A stretch of DNA of 34,955 nt from Nitrosopumilaceae archaeon. Its GTDB lineage: Archaea; Thermoproteota; Nitrososphaeria; Nitrososphaerales; Nitrosopumilaceae. Shown here one piece after another: positions 9,070 to 17,944 of the stretch (position 1 is its first letter; each line of letters opens with the position of its first letter). The notes beneath the pieces are model-generated. The model saw only the letters and a program-made list of their open reading frames with translations. It ran no database searches and had not been told where the DNA came from. The translations under genes were made by a program, and so were the position numbers. The DNA is taken from contig JAGWAW010000003.1 in the NCBI GenBank assembly GCA_021296165.1, positions 1 to 34,955 on the forward strand, read 5' to 3'.

Positions 9070-10446
9070 ATGGGGTGGGAGGATGCCTACCGGAAGAAGA
9101 CACCACTCTCCGGGGATCTGTTCGGGCGCTCGAAGCGGCTCCACGTGAACGGCGTCTCGCACAACATTAGGTTCTTTGAGCCGTACCCATTTGTGACCGC
9201 GTCCTCGCACGGCAAGAGCCTGGTGGACGTGGACTCGAACAGCTATACGGACTATTGGATGGGCCACTGGGCTCTGGTGCTGGGCCACCGCCACCCTGCC
9301 GTGGAGGCGGCCCTCGCCGCCCAGCTCTCCAGGGGGTGGATGTACGGCACGGTCAACGAGCAGACCATTGAGCTCTCGCAGATGATATCGGATGCCGTGC
9401 CGGCGGCCGAGCGCATCCGCTACACCGCCTCGGGCACCGAGGCGGTCATGTACGCCTCCCGGCTTGCCCGGGCAGCGACGGGCCGGGACGTGATCGCCAA
9501 GGTGGACGGCGGCTGGCACGGATACGCCTCCGACATGCTGAAGACGGTGAACTGGCCCTTCTCGGAGCCGGAGAGCACCGGCTGCATACACGACGACCGT
9601 ATCGTATCCATACCATACAACGACACCGAGCGGGCCGTATCGATACTGGAGGGCGTGGGCGACCGGCTGGCCGGCATCGTGGTGGAGCCGGTCCTGGGGG
9701 GCGCCGGGTGCATACCGGCCCAGGCCGACTACCTGCGCGGGCTGCAGGAGTGCGCCCGCAAGAGCGGCGCCCTGCTCGTGCTGGACGAGATCGTGACCGG
9801 GTTCCGGTTCGGGCATGGGTGTGTGTATGAAGAGATGGGACTGGATCCTGATCTGCTGACGCTGGGCAAGATAGTGGGGGGAGGCATGCCCTTGGGTGTG
9901 CTGTGCGGCAAGGAGGAGATAATGGAGATCGCCAACGCCAAGGCCATGTCCCGGAAGGAGAGGTGCTACATAGGCGGCGGGACATTCTCGGCCAACCCCG
10001 CATCCATGGTGGCTGGCGCGGCCACGCTGCGGGAGCTCAAGGAGTCGCCGGCCATCTACGAGCGCATCAACCAGATGGGCAGGGACGCCCGGGCATCGCT
10101 GGGGCGCACACTGGAGGGGCGCGCCCAGGTGACGGGCAGGGGATCGCTGTTCATGACGCACTTTACCGAGTCCGGGTCGGTGGTCGACGCGGCGGGCGCG
10201 GCCCGGTGCAGCGGGCAGTCGCTGGTGCGGTACCACATGCATATCATGGCATACGACGGGATATTCATCCTGCCCGGCAAGCTGGGGGCGTTCTCCTCCG
10301 CCCACACGTTCGATGACGTGCGGGATCTGGCCGAGGCCACCGAGAGGTTCGCGGCCGCGGATACGGAATCCATCTCCCCTGCCTCCCCGCAGGACGCCCG
10401 GGAGAGGATGGCGCGCGAGGCCATAGCCAAGTTCCACTCGCTATAA
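9070..10446 (+). CDS. hemL: glutamate-1-semialdehyde 2,1-aminomutase
   Basis: 458-aa class III aminotransferase with [21 protein letters not shown] and a PLP-lysine context [16 protein letters not shown]. Confidence 0.9.
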   Translation: MGWEDAYRKKTPLSGDLFGRSKRLHVNGVSHNIRFFEPYPFVTASSHGKSLVDVDSNSYTDYWMGHWALVLGHRHPAVEAALAAQLSRGWMYGTVNEQTIELSQMISDAVPAAERIRYTASGTEAVMYASRLARAATGRDVIAKVDGGWHGYASDMLKTVNWPFSEPESTGCIHDDRIVSIPYNDTERAVSILEGVGDRLAGIVVEPVLGGAGCIPAQADYLRGLQECARKSGALLVLDEIVTGFRFGHGCVYEEMGLDPDLLTLGKIVGGGMPLGVLCGKEEIMEIANAKAMSRKERCYIGGGTFSANPASMVAGAATLRELKESPAIYERINQMGRDARASLGRTLEGRAQVTGRGSLFMTHFTESGSVVDAAGAARCSGQSLVRYHMHIMAYDGIFILPGKLGAFSSAHTFDDVRDLAEATERFAAADTESISPASPQDARERMAREAIAKFHSL

Positions 10447-10478
10447 GACTAAAATCGGTGTCCGCGTTATGCAGCCCG

Positions 10479-11297
10479 ATGGGTCTGTTTTCTAGAAGGG
10501 ATCCCGAAGAGTTGATGCGCCATGCCGCCCTGTTGATGGAGAAGGGCCAGCCGAAGGGGGCGGTGGGTCTCTACAACCAGGTACTGAAGCAGGATTCTGA
10601 CAACCGTGAGGCTCTCCACCAAAAGGGTATAGCCCTCAACCAGATGAAAAAGTACAACGACACGGTGACGTGCGCCGATGCGACGCTGGCCATATATCCG
10701 GGGGATGCGGTGGCCTACAACAGCAAGGGGGTGGCGCTGGCCGAGATGGGGAATACTCAGGCGGCAGCCGAATGCTATGACATGGCCATGGACTCTGATC
10801 CGCGGTACTATGAGTCCTACTTCAACAAGGGGGTGCTGCTGGCCAGGCTGCACGATCTGCCTGAGGCCTTGGAGCTGATGGAGAAGGCGGTGCGGCTGAA
10901 CCGCAAGAATCCGGTCCCCATACTACACAAGGCCATCATACTGGGCAAGATGCACAAGAACAAGGACGCGCTGGGGCTGCTGGAGCGGCTGGAGCGCCGG
11001 TTCGGCCCACATCCTGACGTCGCGTTTCAGCGCGGCGTCCAGCTGGCCGAGATGGGGGATCACCGCCGGGCCATCGAGGTGTTTGAGGGATTGCCCGGCA
11101 AGCACGGAGACAACGCGGTACTGCTGTATTCGCTGTCCCGCAGCCGGGCAGCCCTGGGCGAGGGCGAGGCGGCACTGGACCTGCTGAAGAGGGCCGTGTC
11201 CAAGAACCCCAAGGCGGTTCGCGCCTGGGCGCGGAAGGAGGCGGCCTTTTTACCGCTCCACGGCGATGACAGGTTCCGGAAGCTGGCAAAGATGTGA
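10479..11297 (+). CDS. TPR-repeat protein
   Basis: Repeated 34-residue A/Y/G-patterned units (AVGLYNQVLKQD..., AVAYNSKGVALAEMG..., AAECYDMAMDSDPRY...). ATG 10479 is preferred over GTG 10458 on TATA spacing (ACTAAAATCG). Confidence 0.8.
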   Translation: MGLFSRRDPEELMRHAALLMEKGQPKGAVGLYNQVLKQDSDNREALHQKGIALNQMKKYNDTVTCADATLAIYPGDAVAYNSKGVALAEMGNTQAAAECYDMAMDSDPRYYESYFNKGVLLARLHDLPEALELMEKAVRLNRKNPVPILHKAIILGKMHKNKDALGLLERLERRFGPHPDVAFQRGVQLAEMGDHRRAIEVFEGLPGKHGDNAVLLYSLSRSRAALGEGEAALDLLKRAVSKNPKAVRAWARKEAAFLPLHGDDRFRKLAKM

Positions 11298-11504
11298 TCC
11301 CCTTCGGTGCGCCGGTGGCCGGCGCGCGTTCGGGGTTATGGCGTGCAATTTGGGGTGCGTGGGTGATTATTTACTATCTCTGTAAATCACTACAGTCGAG
11401 CGCGAATCTATTGTAAAGTTGATAATTGCAAATATTCCCCATGAAACGGCAAATTGTTTTTTGCGACGTTTATTTCAACAACTGTGCGCCCGCATCATGT
11501 ACCG

Positions 11505-11807
11505 TCACTCGGCAGTAAGAGTGTCGTCTACCAACCCGGTCACGAATCCACCAAACTCATCGTCGCGAAATTTTATTGTGTCAAAATTGGACGTGGAATT
11601 GGCATAGCCCTGGCACTTTATGTGGTAGCACATGCCTGCGGGGCCCCCAAAGTAGTATGCCGGGCAGGTGCAATATCCGCGGTGAGGATCCACCCAGTGC
11701 TCGGCCTTGCGGCCCACCACCGTCCACACCTGGCGGCCGCTGGGGAGGAATATGTGCTGCTTTACCCTGCCCTCGGCCACCGCCTCCTTGATTCCCAGCG
11801 TACCCAT
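11505..11807 (-). CDS. SWIM zinc-finger domain protein
   Basis: 100 aa with a CxC...CxH signature (YCTCPAYYFGGPAGMCYH). Confidence 0.65.
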   Translation of the reverse strand: MGTLGIKEAVAEGRVKQHIFLPSGRQVWTVVGRKAEHWVDPHRGYCTCPAYYFGGPAGMCYHIKCQGYANSTSNFDTIKFRDDEFGGFVTGLVDDTLTAE

Positions 11808-12269
11808 ATCCTATACGGCGTAAATATGCGTCATATTTCAATCGTCCCCACTGTCACCCGCGCGGATTCGGCGCATCCGGGCGACCGATCAGACTCTTGC
11901 AAAATCGGCTGGTCCGTCATCCCCCACCCGCAACTTCCCCGTCCGCCCGGAGGGATGCGCCATTCCGCACGAGCCTGCCCAAGCCGGGTATTGGGCAGGA
12001 TGGGGCGCGGATGTCGCACCGGCGGCGCCCGGCCGGGGCACGGGCGGCGCGGTCCGCGCAAAAACTTCAAAAAATGCCGTCAACGTGGCTTGCAAGAGAA
12101 CTCGAATGCACAATGGCGCCGGATTCTAATCAAAACTATTATGTTTAGTTCGGGCTGCCAGTCCGCCCCTCTGGGTTTTAGCGCCGCCGGGGACTCCCAG
12201 AATGGCCGGACCGGGCAGGCCCGCGCCAAATATTCCGGCATGTGCGGGGGAGCGGCGCCCCTCACACAG

Positions 12270-12275
12270 AAAAAA
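12270..12275 (-). terminator. T6 run just downstream of carB stop
   Basis: The minus strand reads GACGATTTTTTCTG about 20 nt after the TAG at 12296-12298. Confidence 0.35.
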
Positions 12276-12295
12276 TCGTCGCGCACCGCTGCAGA

Positions 12296-15200
12296 CTATA
12301 TCTGGTAGGGCTTTATCGGATCCCTGGTGGTCTCGTGGGTTCTCATCCACTCCAGGGTGTTCACGAACGCCTCGGCCAGCTCGATGGTAGTAAGCACGGG
12401 GATGCCCAGCTCCAGCGCCTTGCGGCGTATCTGGTACTCGTCCTCCAGCATCCCGATGTACTTTTCCAGGGTGGCGGTGCTGGGTATGTTTATGATGAAG
12501 TCTATCTTTCTCTGGTATAGCATGTCCGCTATGTTGGGCTGCCGCTCGGGCTCGGATATCTTGTGGACGACCTTGACGGCGCCCAGCCTCTCCTCCAGGA
12601 ACTCGGCGGTGTGTTCTGTGGCCAGTATGTTGAAGCCCATCCCGCCCAGCTTTGCCACGGTGGCCAGCAGCTTCTCCTTGTTGGGCGTGCCGCCCACGGT
12701 GATCAGGGCCGACCCGCCGGAGGGCAGGTTGTACCCCACGGCGCCCAAGGCCTTGGAGAGGGCGTCATAGAAGCTCTCCCCAAAGCAGGCCGCCTCGCCG
12801 GTGGAGTGCATCTCCACGCCCAGCGTCAGGTCTGCACCTTCCAGCTGCATGAACGAGAACTGGGGCACCTTTATCCCCACGGTGCGTATATCGCGCCATC
12901 TGTCGTGGGGAATGGCGGGCAGCCTGCCGCCCATGACGGCGCGGGACGCCAGCGATATGAGGTTCATGCCAACCAGTTTCGAGACGAACGGCATGGAGCG
13001 GGATGCCCGTATGTTCAGCTCTATCACGTACACCTCGCCGTCATGCACCAGAAACTGCAGGTTGAAGGGCCCCCGGATGCGGAAGGTGCGGGCTATCTTG
13101 ATGGTGTACTCGGTGATGGTCTGTACAGTCATGTTGCCCAGCCTCCAGGGCGGGATGCACATCATCGCGTCGCCCGAGTGCACCCCGGCGCTGTCTATGT
13201 GCTCCACCACCGCCCCTATGACCACGTTGTCGCCGTCGGAGACGCCGTCCACGTCCACCTCCAGCGAGTTGAGCATGAACTTTGATATCACGACGGGGTG
13301 GTCCGGCGAGACCCGGGTGGCCTTCTGGGCGTACGTCCTCAGCTCGTCGGCGGACCAGACCACCTTCATGGCGGCGCCTGACAGGACGTAGGAGGGGCGC
13401 ACCAGGACCGGAAACCCCACCTCGCGCGCGAACGTGCGGGCCTCCTCCAGGCTGGAGAACGCCTGCCAGCGCGGCTGCCGTATGTGCAGCTTGTCCAGCT
13501 CGGCGCTGAACTTTGAGCGGTCCTCGGCCCGGTCCACGTCCGACGCCGACGTGCCCAGTATGGGCACGCCGCTGGCTGCCAGGGACGGCGTCAGGTTGTT
13601 GGCCGCCTGCCCTCCCACGCTGGTCACCACCCCGCGCGGATTCTCGAACTCCACTATGTCCATGACGCGCTCGTGGGTCAGCTCCTCAAAGTAGAGGCGG
13701 TTGCATATGTCGTAGTCGGTAGAGACTGTCTCCGGGTTGCAGTTGACCACCGCAACGGGCATGCGGCCGTGCTCCCGTATGCCCCAGACCATGTTTACCG
13801 TGCCCCAGTCAAACTCCACGCTGCTTCCTATGCGGTAGGGGCCGGCGCCCAGCACAATGGCGGCGCGCTCCCCGGCCGGCACTACAATGTCGTGGTCTGC
13901 GCCCCCGTATGTCATGTACAGGTAGTTGGTCGCCGCCGGCCACTCGGCGGCCAGCGAGTCTATCTGCTTCACTTGGGGCAGTATGCCCATGCCCTTGCGG
14001 GTGGCGCGTATCTGGGCTGCGGTCCTGCCGCAGGCCCGGCCTATCTGGACATCCGAGAAGCCGGCGGCCTTGGCGTCCCGCATAGTGGAGCGGTCCGGCC
14101 CGCCCTTCAGGCGGCCTGCCATCTCCACCATGTTTCGTATCTTCTCCACGAACCAGGGGTCTATGGAGGACAGGCGGCTGATCCGGGCCGTGTCAAACCC
14201 GCGCGAGACGGCCGCGGCGACGTTGTACAGTATCGTATCGTCAAAGTGTATCAGCCTCTCCTCCAGCTCCTCCTCGGTGTATCGCTCGGGGCCGAACCGG
14301 TTCAGGATCAGCCCGTCCATTCCCGAGTCCAGCATGCGGATGGCCTTTTGGAGCGACTCCTCAAAGGTGCGTCCCACGCCCATCACCTCGCCCACCGACT
14401 TCATGGTGGGTCCCAGCTTTCTCTCCACCAGGTCAAACTTGGCAAAGTCCCACCGGGGGTGCTTGCACACCACGTAGTCCAGCGACGGCTCAAAGCACGC
14501 GGTGGTGCTCTTGGTTATGGTGTTGGTCAGCTCGTGCAGGTCGTACCCCAGGCCTATCTTGGCGGACATGTATGCCAGCGGGTATCCGGTGGCCTTGCTG
14601 GCCAGTGCCGAGGAGCGCGACAGCCGGGGGTTCATCTCGATGGCCACGTACTTTTCTGACGCGGTGTCCAGCGCGAACTGGACGTTGCACTCCCCCACTA
14701 TACCCACGTGCGAGGCGGCCCGGAGGCTGGCCGAGCGCAGCATGTGGTATTCGCGGTTGTTGATGGTCTGGGAGGGTGCCACCACTATGTTGTCGCCGGT
14801 GTGCACCTTCATGGCGAGGACGTTCTCCATGTTGCACACGATGACGCCGTTGCCCGCCGTGTCCCGCATCACCTCGTACTCTATCTGCTTCCACCCGCCG
14901 ATGTACTCCTCTATGAGCACCTGGCCTACCATGCTCGCCTTTATGCCGCGCTCCACTATCTCGTGTAGCTCCAACTCGTTGCGGGCGACTCCGCCGCCCT
15001 TGCCGCCCAGAGTATATGCCACCCGCACTATCACAGGATAGCCCAGCCTCCTGGCTGTCCGCTTGGCGGTCTCAAAGTCGGTGACCGTATCGCTGGGGAG
15101 GACGGGCACCCCGCACCTTCCCATGGCGTCCTTGAAGAGCTGGCGGTCCTCGGCCGTGCGGATGCCTCCTATGTCTGTACCCAGCACCTGCACCCCGTAC

Positions 15201-15454
15201 TTTTCCAGTATGCCACCCTCGGCCAGTCCGACCCCGCAGTTGAGGGCCGTCTGGCCTCCGTACGAGAGCATTATGGCGTCGGGCCGCTCCTTCTCTATTA
15301 CGGACTCTACGTACTGGGGGGTTACGGGCAGCAGATACACGCGATCGGCAAACCTGGTGTCGGTCTGTATGGTGGCCACGTTGGGGTTTATCAGGACGCT
15401 TCTCAGGCCGTCCTCCCGTATGGCCTTGAGGCATTGGCTACCGGAGTAGTCAAA
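12296..15454 (-). CDS. carB: carbamoyl-phosphate synthase large subunit, main body (from FDYSG onward)
   Basis: The reading frame is uninterrupted from TTT 15454 to the stop at 12296 (1052 codons). It shows both ATP-grasp halves (FDYSGSQCLKA...NPNVATIQTD and EFDWGTVNMV...NCNPETVSTD) and the MGS-like C-terminus. The track ORF begins at internal GTG 15379 only because the true 5' segment is in another frame. Confidence 0.95.
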   Translation of the reverse strand, partial: FDYSGSQCLKAIREDGLRSVLINPNVATIQTDTRFADRVYLLPVTPQYVESVIEKERPDAIMLSYGGQTALNCGVGLAEGGILEKYGVQVLGTDIGGIRTAEDRQLFKDAMGRCGVPVLPSDTVTDFETAKRTARRLGYPVIVRVAYTLGGKGGGVARNELELHEIVERGIKASMVGQVLIEEYIGGWKQIEYEVMRDTAGNGVIVCNMENVLAMKVHTGDNIVVAPSQTINNREYHMLRSASLRAASHVGIVGECNVQFALDTASEKYVAIEMNPRLSRSSALASKATGYPLAYMSAKIGLGYDLHELTNTITKSTTACFEPSLDYVVCKHPRWDFAKFDLVERKLGPTMKSVGEVMGVGRTFEESLQKAIRMLDSGMDGLILNRFGPERYTEEELEERLIHFDDTILYNVAAAVSRGFDTARISRLSSIDPWFVEKIRNMVEMAGRLKGGPDRSTMRDAKAAGFSDVQIGRACGRTAAQIRATRKGMGILPQVKQIDSLAAEWPAATNYLYMTYGGADHDIVVPAGERAAIVLGAGPYRIGSSVEFDWGTVNMVWGIREHGRMPVAVVNCNPETVSTDYDICNRLYFEELTHERVMDIVEFENPRGVVTSVGGQAANNLTPSLAASGVPILGTSASDVDRAEDRSKFSAELDKLHIRQPRWQAFSSLEEARTFAREVGFPVLVRPSYVLSGAAMKVVWSADELRTYAQKATRVSPDHPVVISKFMLNSLEVDVDGVSDGDNVVIGAVVEHIDSAGVHSGDAMMCIPPWRLGNMTVQTITEYTIKIARTFRIRGPFNLQFLVHDGEVYVIELNIRASRSMPFVSKLVGMNLISLASRAVMGGRLPAIPHDRWRDIRTVGIKVPQFSFMQLEGADLTLGVEMHSTGEAACFGESFYDALSKALGAVGYNLPSGGSALITVGGTPNKEKLLATVAKLGGMGFNILATEHTAEFLEERLGAVKVVHKISEPERQPNIADMLYQRKIDFIINIPSTATLEKYIGMLEDEYQIRRKALELGIPVLTTIELAEAFVNTLEWMRTHETTRDPIKPYQI

Positions 15455-15476
15455 CTGGCGGCCGCTTTGGGCGGCT
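15455..15476 (-). other. 22-nt intervening sequence inside carB (candidate BHB-type mRNA intron; alternatively a disabling insertion)
   Basis: The minus strand reads AGCCGCCCAAAGCGGCCGCCAG, lying between the GAA (E) and TTT (F) codons of the invariant EFDYSG motif. Its length is not a multiple of 3. It forms the hairpin GCCGC-CCAAA-GCGGC, flanked by the 4-bp helix GGCG/CGCC and an AAA bulge. Confidence 0.5.
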
Positions 15477-15533
15477 TTCGCCGGCTTCTCCGATCTTTAT
15501 TGCCCCACTTCCCAGGACCAGTATATTCTTCAG
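15477..15533 (-). CDS. carB: carB 5' coding segment (19 codons, LKNILVLGSGAIKIGEAGE)
   Basis: This matches the canonical CarB N-terminus (ILVLGSGPIxIGQAxE) but is in a different frame from the main body. The open stretch has no ATG/GTG/TTG; CTG 15533-15531 lies 4 nt after the carA stop codon. Confidence 0.6.
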
Positions 15534-15537
15534 CGAC

Positions 15538-16662
15538 TCACTTCGCGGCAGGCCGGGGGTCCTCCATTATCCTGTGCAGCTCCTCGAAGACGAATCCGCA
15601 GTCGTGGGGGCCTGGGGAGGCCTCCGGGTGGAACTGCACCGCTATGCAGGGGCGCGTCCTGTGCCGGATTCCTTCGACGGTGTCGTCGTCGGTGTTGGTA
15701 AACCACAAGTCAAATTCCGAGTTGGCCAGCGAGTCGGGGCTGATGGCATAGCCGTGGTTCTGGCTGGTCACGTATACCATCCCGGTGGATACGTCCAGAC
15801 AGGACTTGTTCTGGCCCCGATGACCGTACTTGAGCTTGTATGTCTGGGCGTTGCCAGCCAGGGCAATTATCTGCGCCCCCAAACATATGCCCAGCAGGGG
15901 CACGCCACGATCCATGAGGGCGCGGGCCGTGCGGATGGTCTCGGTGCAGTGCTGGGGGTCCCCGGGGCCGTTGCTTATGACCACGCCGGCGGGCTCGTAC
16001 CCCATGACGTCGGATATGTCCGAGTCGTGGGGGACTCTGACGGCCCGGTATCCCATGCGGGTAACGTGCCGCAGTATGGCGTTCTTGGCGCCCACGTCCA
16101 GCACCACTACGTTGCGCCCCTGGCCGTACCCGGAGTGGTCGGCGGCCGAGGCGCCCTCCACCAGCCGTTCTGTGTCGTACCGGGGGGCCGAGGCCAGCCT
16201 CTCGGCAAGATCCTCCACATCCACGGGGGACTCAGAGACGGCCAAGGCGGACATCTGGACTCCCTGGCTCCGGAGCCTCTTTGTAAGCGAGCGCGTGTCC
16301 ACGCCGGTGATGCCGGATATGCCCTGCGAATACATCCACTCGTCCAGAGTCATGGCCAGGTTCCAATGGCTGGCCGTATAAGAGAGATCGTGCACCACCA
16401 GGCCACGTACCTGTATGCGGCCGGACTCAAAGTGGGCGGGGATGCCATCGGGATCAGTCTCGGCGGGGTCGGGCACGCCATAGTTGCCCACCAGCGGATA
16501 TGTGATGGACAGTATCTGGCCCCCGTATGAGGGATCGGTCAGTGTCTCGGCGTACCCCACCATGCCGGTATTGAAGACTGCCTCGCCAAACGCCATTCCG
16601 GGATGGCCAAACCCCTCGCCCTCCATGACGGTTCCGTCGTCAAGGAGCAGTGTGGCATACAT
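15538..16662 (-). CDS. carA: carbamoyl-phosphate synthase small (glutamine amidotransferase) subunit
   Basis: 374 aa. N-terminal CPSase small-chain domain (GEAVFNTGMVGYAETLTDPSYGGQI) and class I GATase triad context (LLGICLGAQI ... VQFHPE). Confidence 0.95.
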   Translation of the reverse strand: MYATLLLDDGTVMEGEGFGHPGMAFGEAVFNTGMVGYAETLTDPSYGGQILSITYPLVGNYGVPDPAETDPDGIPAHFESGRIQVRGLVVHDLSYTASHWNLAMTLDEWMYSQGISGITGVDTRSLTKRLRSQGVQMSALAVSESPVDVEDLAERLASAPRYDTERLVEGASAADHSGYGQGRNVVVLDVGAKNAILRHVTRMGYRAVRVPHDSDISDVMGYEPAGVVISNGPGDPQHCTETIRTARALMDRGVPLLGICLGAQIIALAGNAQTYKLKYGHRGQNKSCLDVSTGMVYVTSQNHGYAISPDSLANSEFDLWFTNTDDDTVEGIRHRTRPCIAVQFHPEASPGPHDCGFVFEELHRIMEDPRPAAK

Positions 16663-17142
16663 ACCCCTGTGCTCGGACTTTTTTACGGCTATTTTGAACC
16701 CTCGTTGGCTCCTCGAATGTGGCGATTTAAGTGTAAAGGTGGCGGGGCGCGTGTTGCATGAACAAGGTCATGTCCGAGGACGGAAAAATCCGGCATGTTT
16801 GATATGCAGGCGTGGGGGTGCACGCACCAGCTCGGGTTGCCAAGTGCCGCCGAGGATCAAAAGATTCTGGATCTGCCGACTGTGGCCCGGGCAGTGAGTG
16901 GGGCAAGAAGGCGGATCTGATCAACCATTCCGGGGGTGGGGACGGCCCGTTCGGCAGAGGCAGCAAGATGCCGAATTCCTCCGGTAAGGGTGGTGGCCCG
17001 GAGCGAGGCGCAGCTCCGTCAAATACCCGCAATGTCCAGTGGGCAGGCGCAGGGATGTGGATGGCGCACCGTATCGTGGGGTATGCGTGCGCCACGACAT
17101 GAATGGACTACACATTCCTGCCGGAAAGTCGATACCGTCATG

Positions 17143-17152
17143 TTTATTTATT
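17143..17152 (+). promoter_or_regulatory. TATA box for SHOCT-domain gene
   Basis: TTTATTTATT lies 20-29 nt upstream of ATG 17172. Confidence 0.45.
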
Positions 17153-17171
17153 CAACGGGCAGAGCGGGGTT

Positions 17172-17459
17172 ATGGGCGAGAGCGGGTACTTGGGCAAGGC
17201 ACTACGCGGTGCCGACAAAGCATTGCGTGCCGGTGTTGAGACTGCCGACGGCGTGATAGACACGGCCGTAGATGTCGGCACCGGTACTGTCAACAAGGCC
17301 GTCGAGACCGGCAAGGACATCGGCGGCCAGGCCAGGCGCATGGTGGCCGGCAAAACAGAGATAGAGATGCTGGAGCGACTGGGAAACATGTGGCGTGAAG
17401 GGATGCTCACCGACGAGGAGTTCCGGGCCGTCAAGACTAGGATACTGGACAAGATATGA
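17172..17459 (+). CDS. small SHOCT-domain protein
   Basis: C-terminal EIEMLERLGNMWREGMLTDEEFRAVKTRIL matches the SHOCT short C-terminal domain pattern. The track start (17103) is trimmed to ATG 17172 on TATA spacing. Confidence 0.6.
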   Translation: MGESGYLGKALRGADKALRAGVETADGVIDTAVDVGTGTVNKAVETGKDIGGQARRMVAGKTEIEMLERLGNMWREGMLTDEEFRAVKTRILDKI

Positions 17460-17908
17460 AAAAGTCAAACATCTTTGGCTCCGACGGACAGCGCGAGCTC
17501 AACCCGGACTGGTTTACGGGCCGGGTATGGATGAAGGTACTGTCGGAGGGTCTGGGGTTCTCAAAGCAGGACATGTATCACGTGCACTTTGAGAAGGGCG
17601 CCCGGACCAAGCTGCACCGCCACGACGGCTCCCAAGTACTGATAGTCACTGAGGGCCGGGGGAGTCTGGTCACATACGAGTCCGACGGAGCCGGGTCTGA
17701 CTCCTTCGGCATACGGGAGACCGGCACGGTGCCGCTCTCCACCGGAGACGTGGTGTATGTGCCCGAGAACACCCTGCACGCCCACGGCTCCGCCGACGCT
17801 GCCGCGACGTTCTCGCACATAGCCGTGAACAACCTGCCCTGCGGAGTGGGCGAGTATGTAACGGTGTGGTACGAGTCCGACGGGGACCGGGTTACCGGCC
17901 AAATATAG
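17456..17908 (+). CDS. cupin-domain protein
   Basis: 150 aa with cupin motifs (HFEKGARTKLHRHDGSQVLIVTEGRG ... GDVVYVPENTLHAHG). ATGA overlap with the upstream gene. Confidence 0.8.
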   Translation: MKKSNIFGSDGQRELNPDWFTGRVWMKVLSEGLGFSKQDMYHVHFEKGARTKLHRHDGSQVLIVTEGRGSLVTYESDGAGSDSFGIRETGTVPLSTGDVVYVPENTLHAHGSADAAATFSHIAVNNLPCGVGEYVTVWYESDGDRVTGQI

Positions 17909-17944
17909 ACAACGGTTTTTACCGGGTGCCCGCCAATAAGGGGT

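Noticed and set aside
15455-15476. Interpreting the GCGGCCGC (NotI) site inside the carB insert as proof of a cloning-linker artefact.
   Set aside because: The octamer is expected occasionally in 60% GC DNA and also occurs at 33523. The insert forms a coherent structure with native flanking sequence. An artefact cannot be excluded and is listed as a refutation test.
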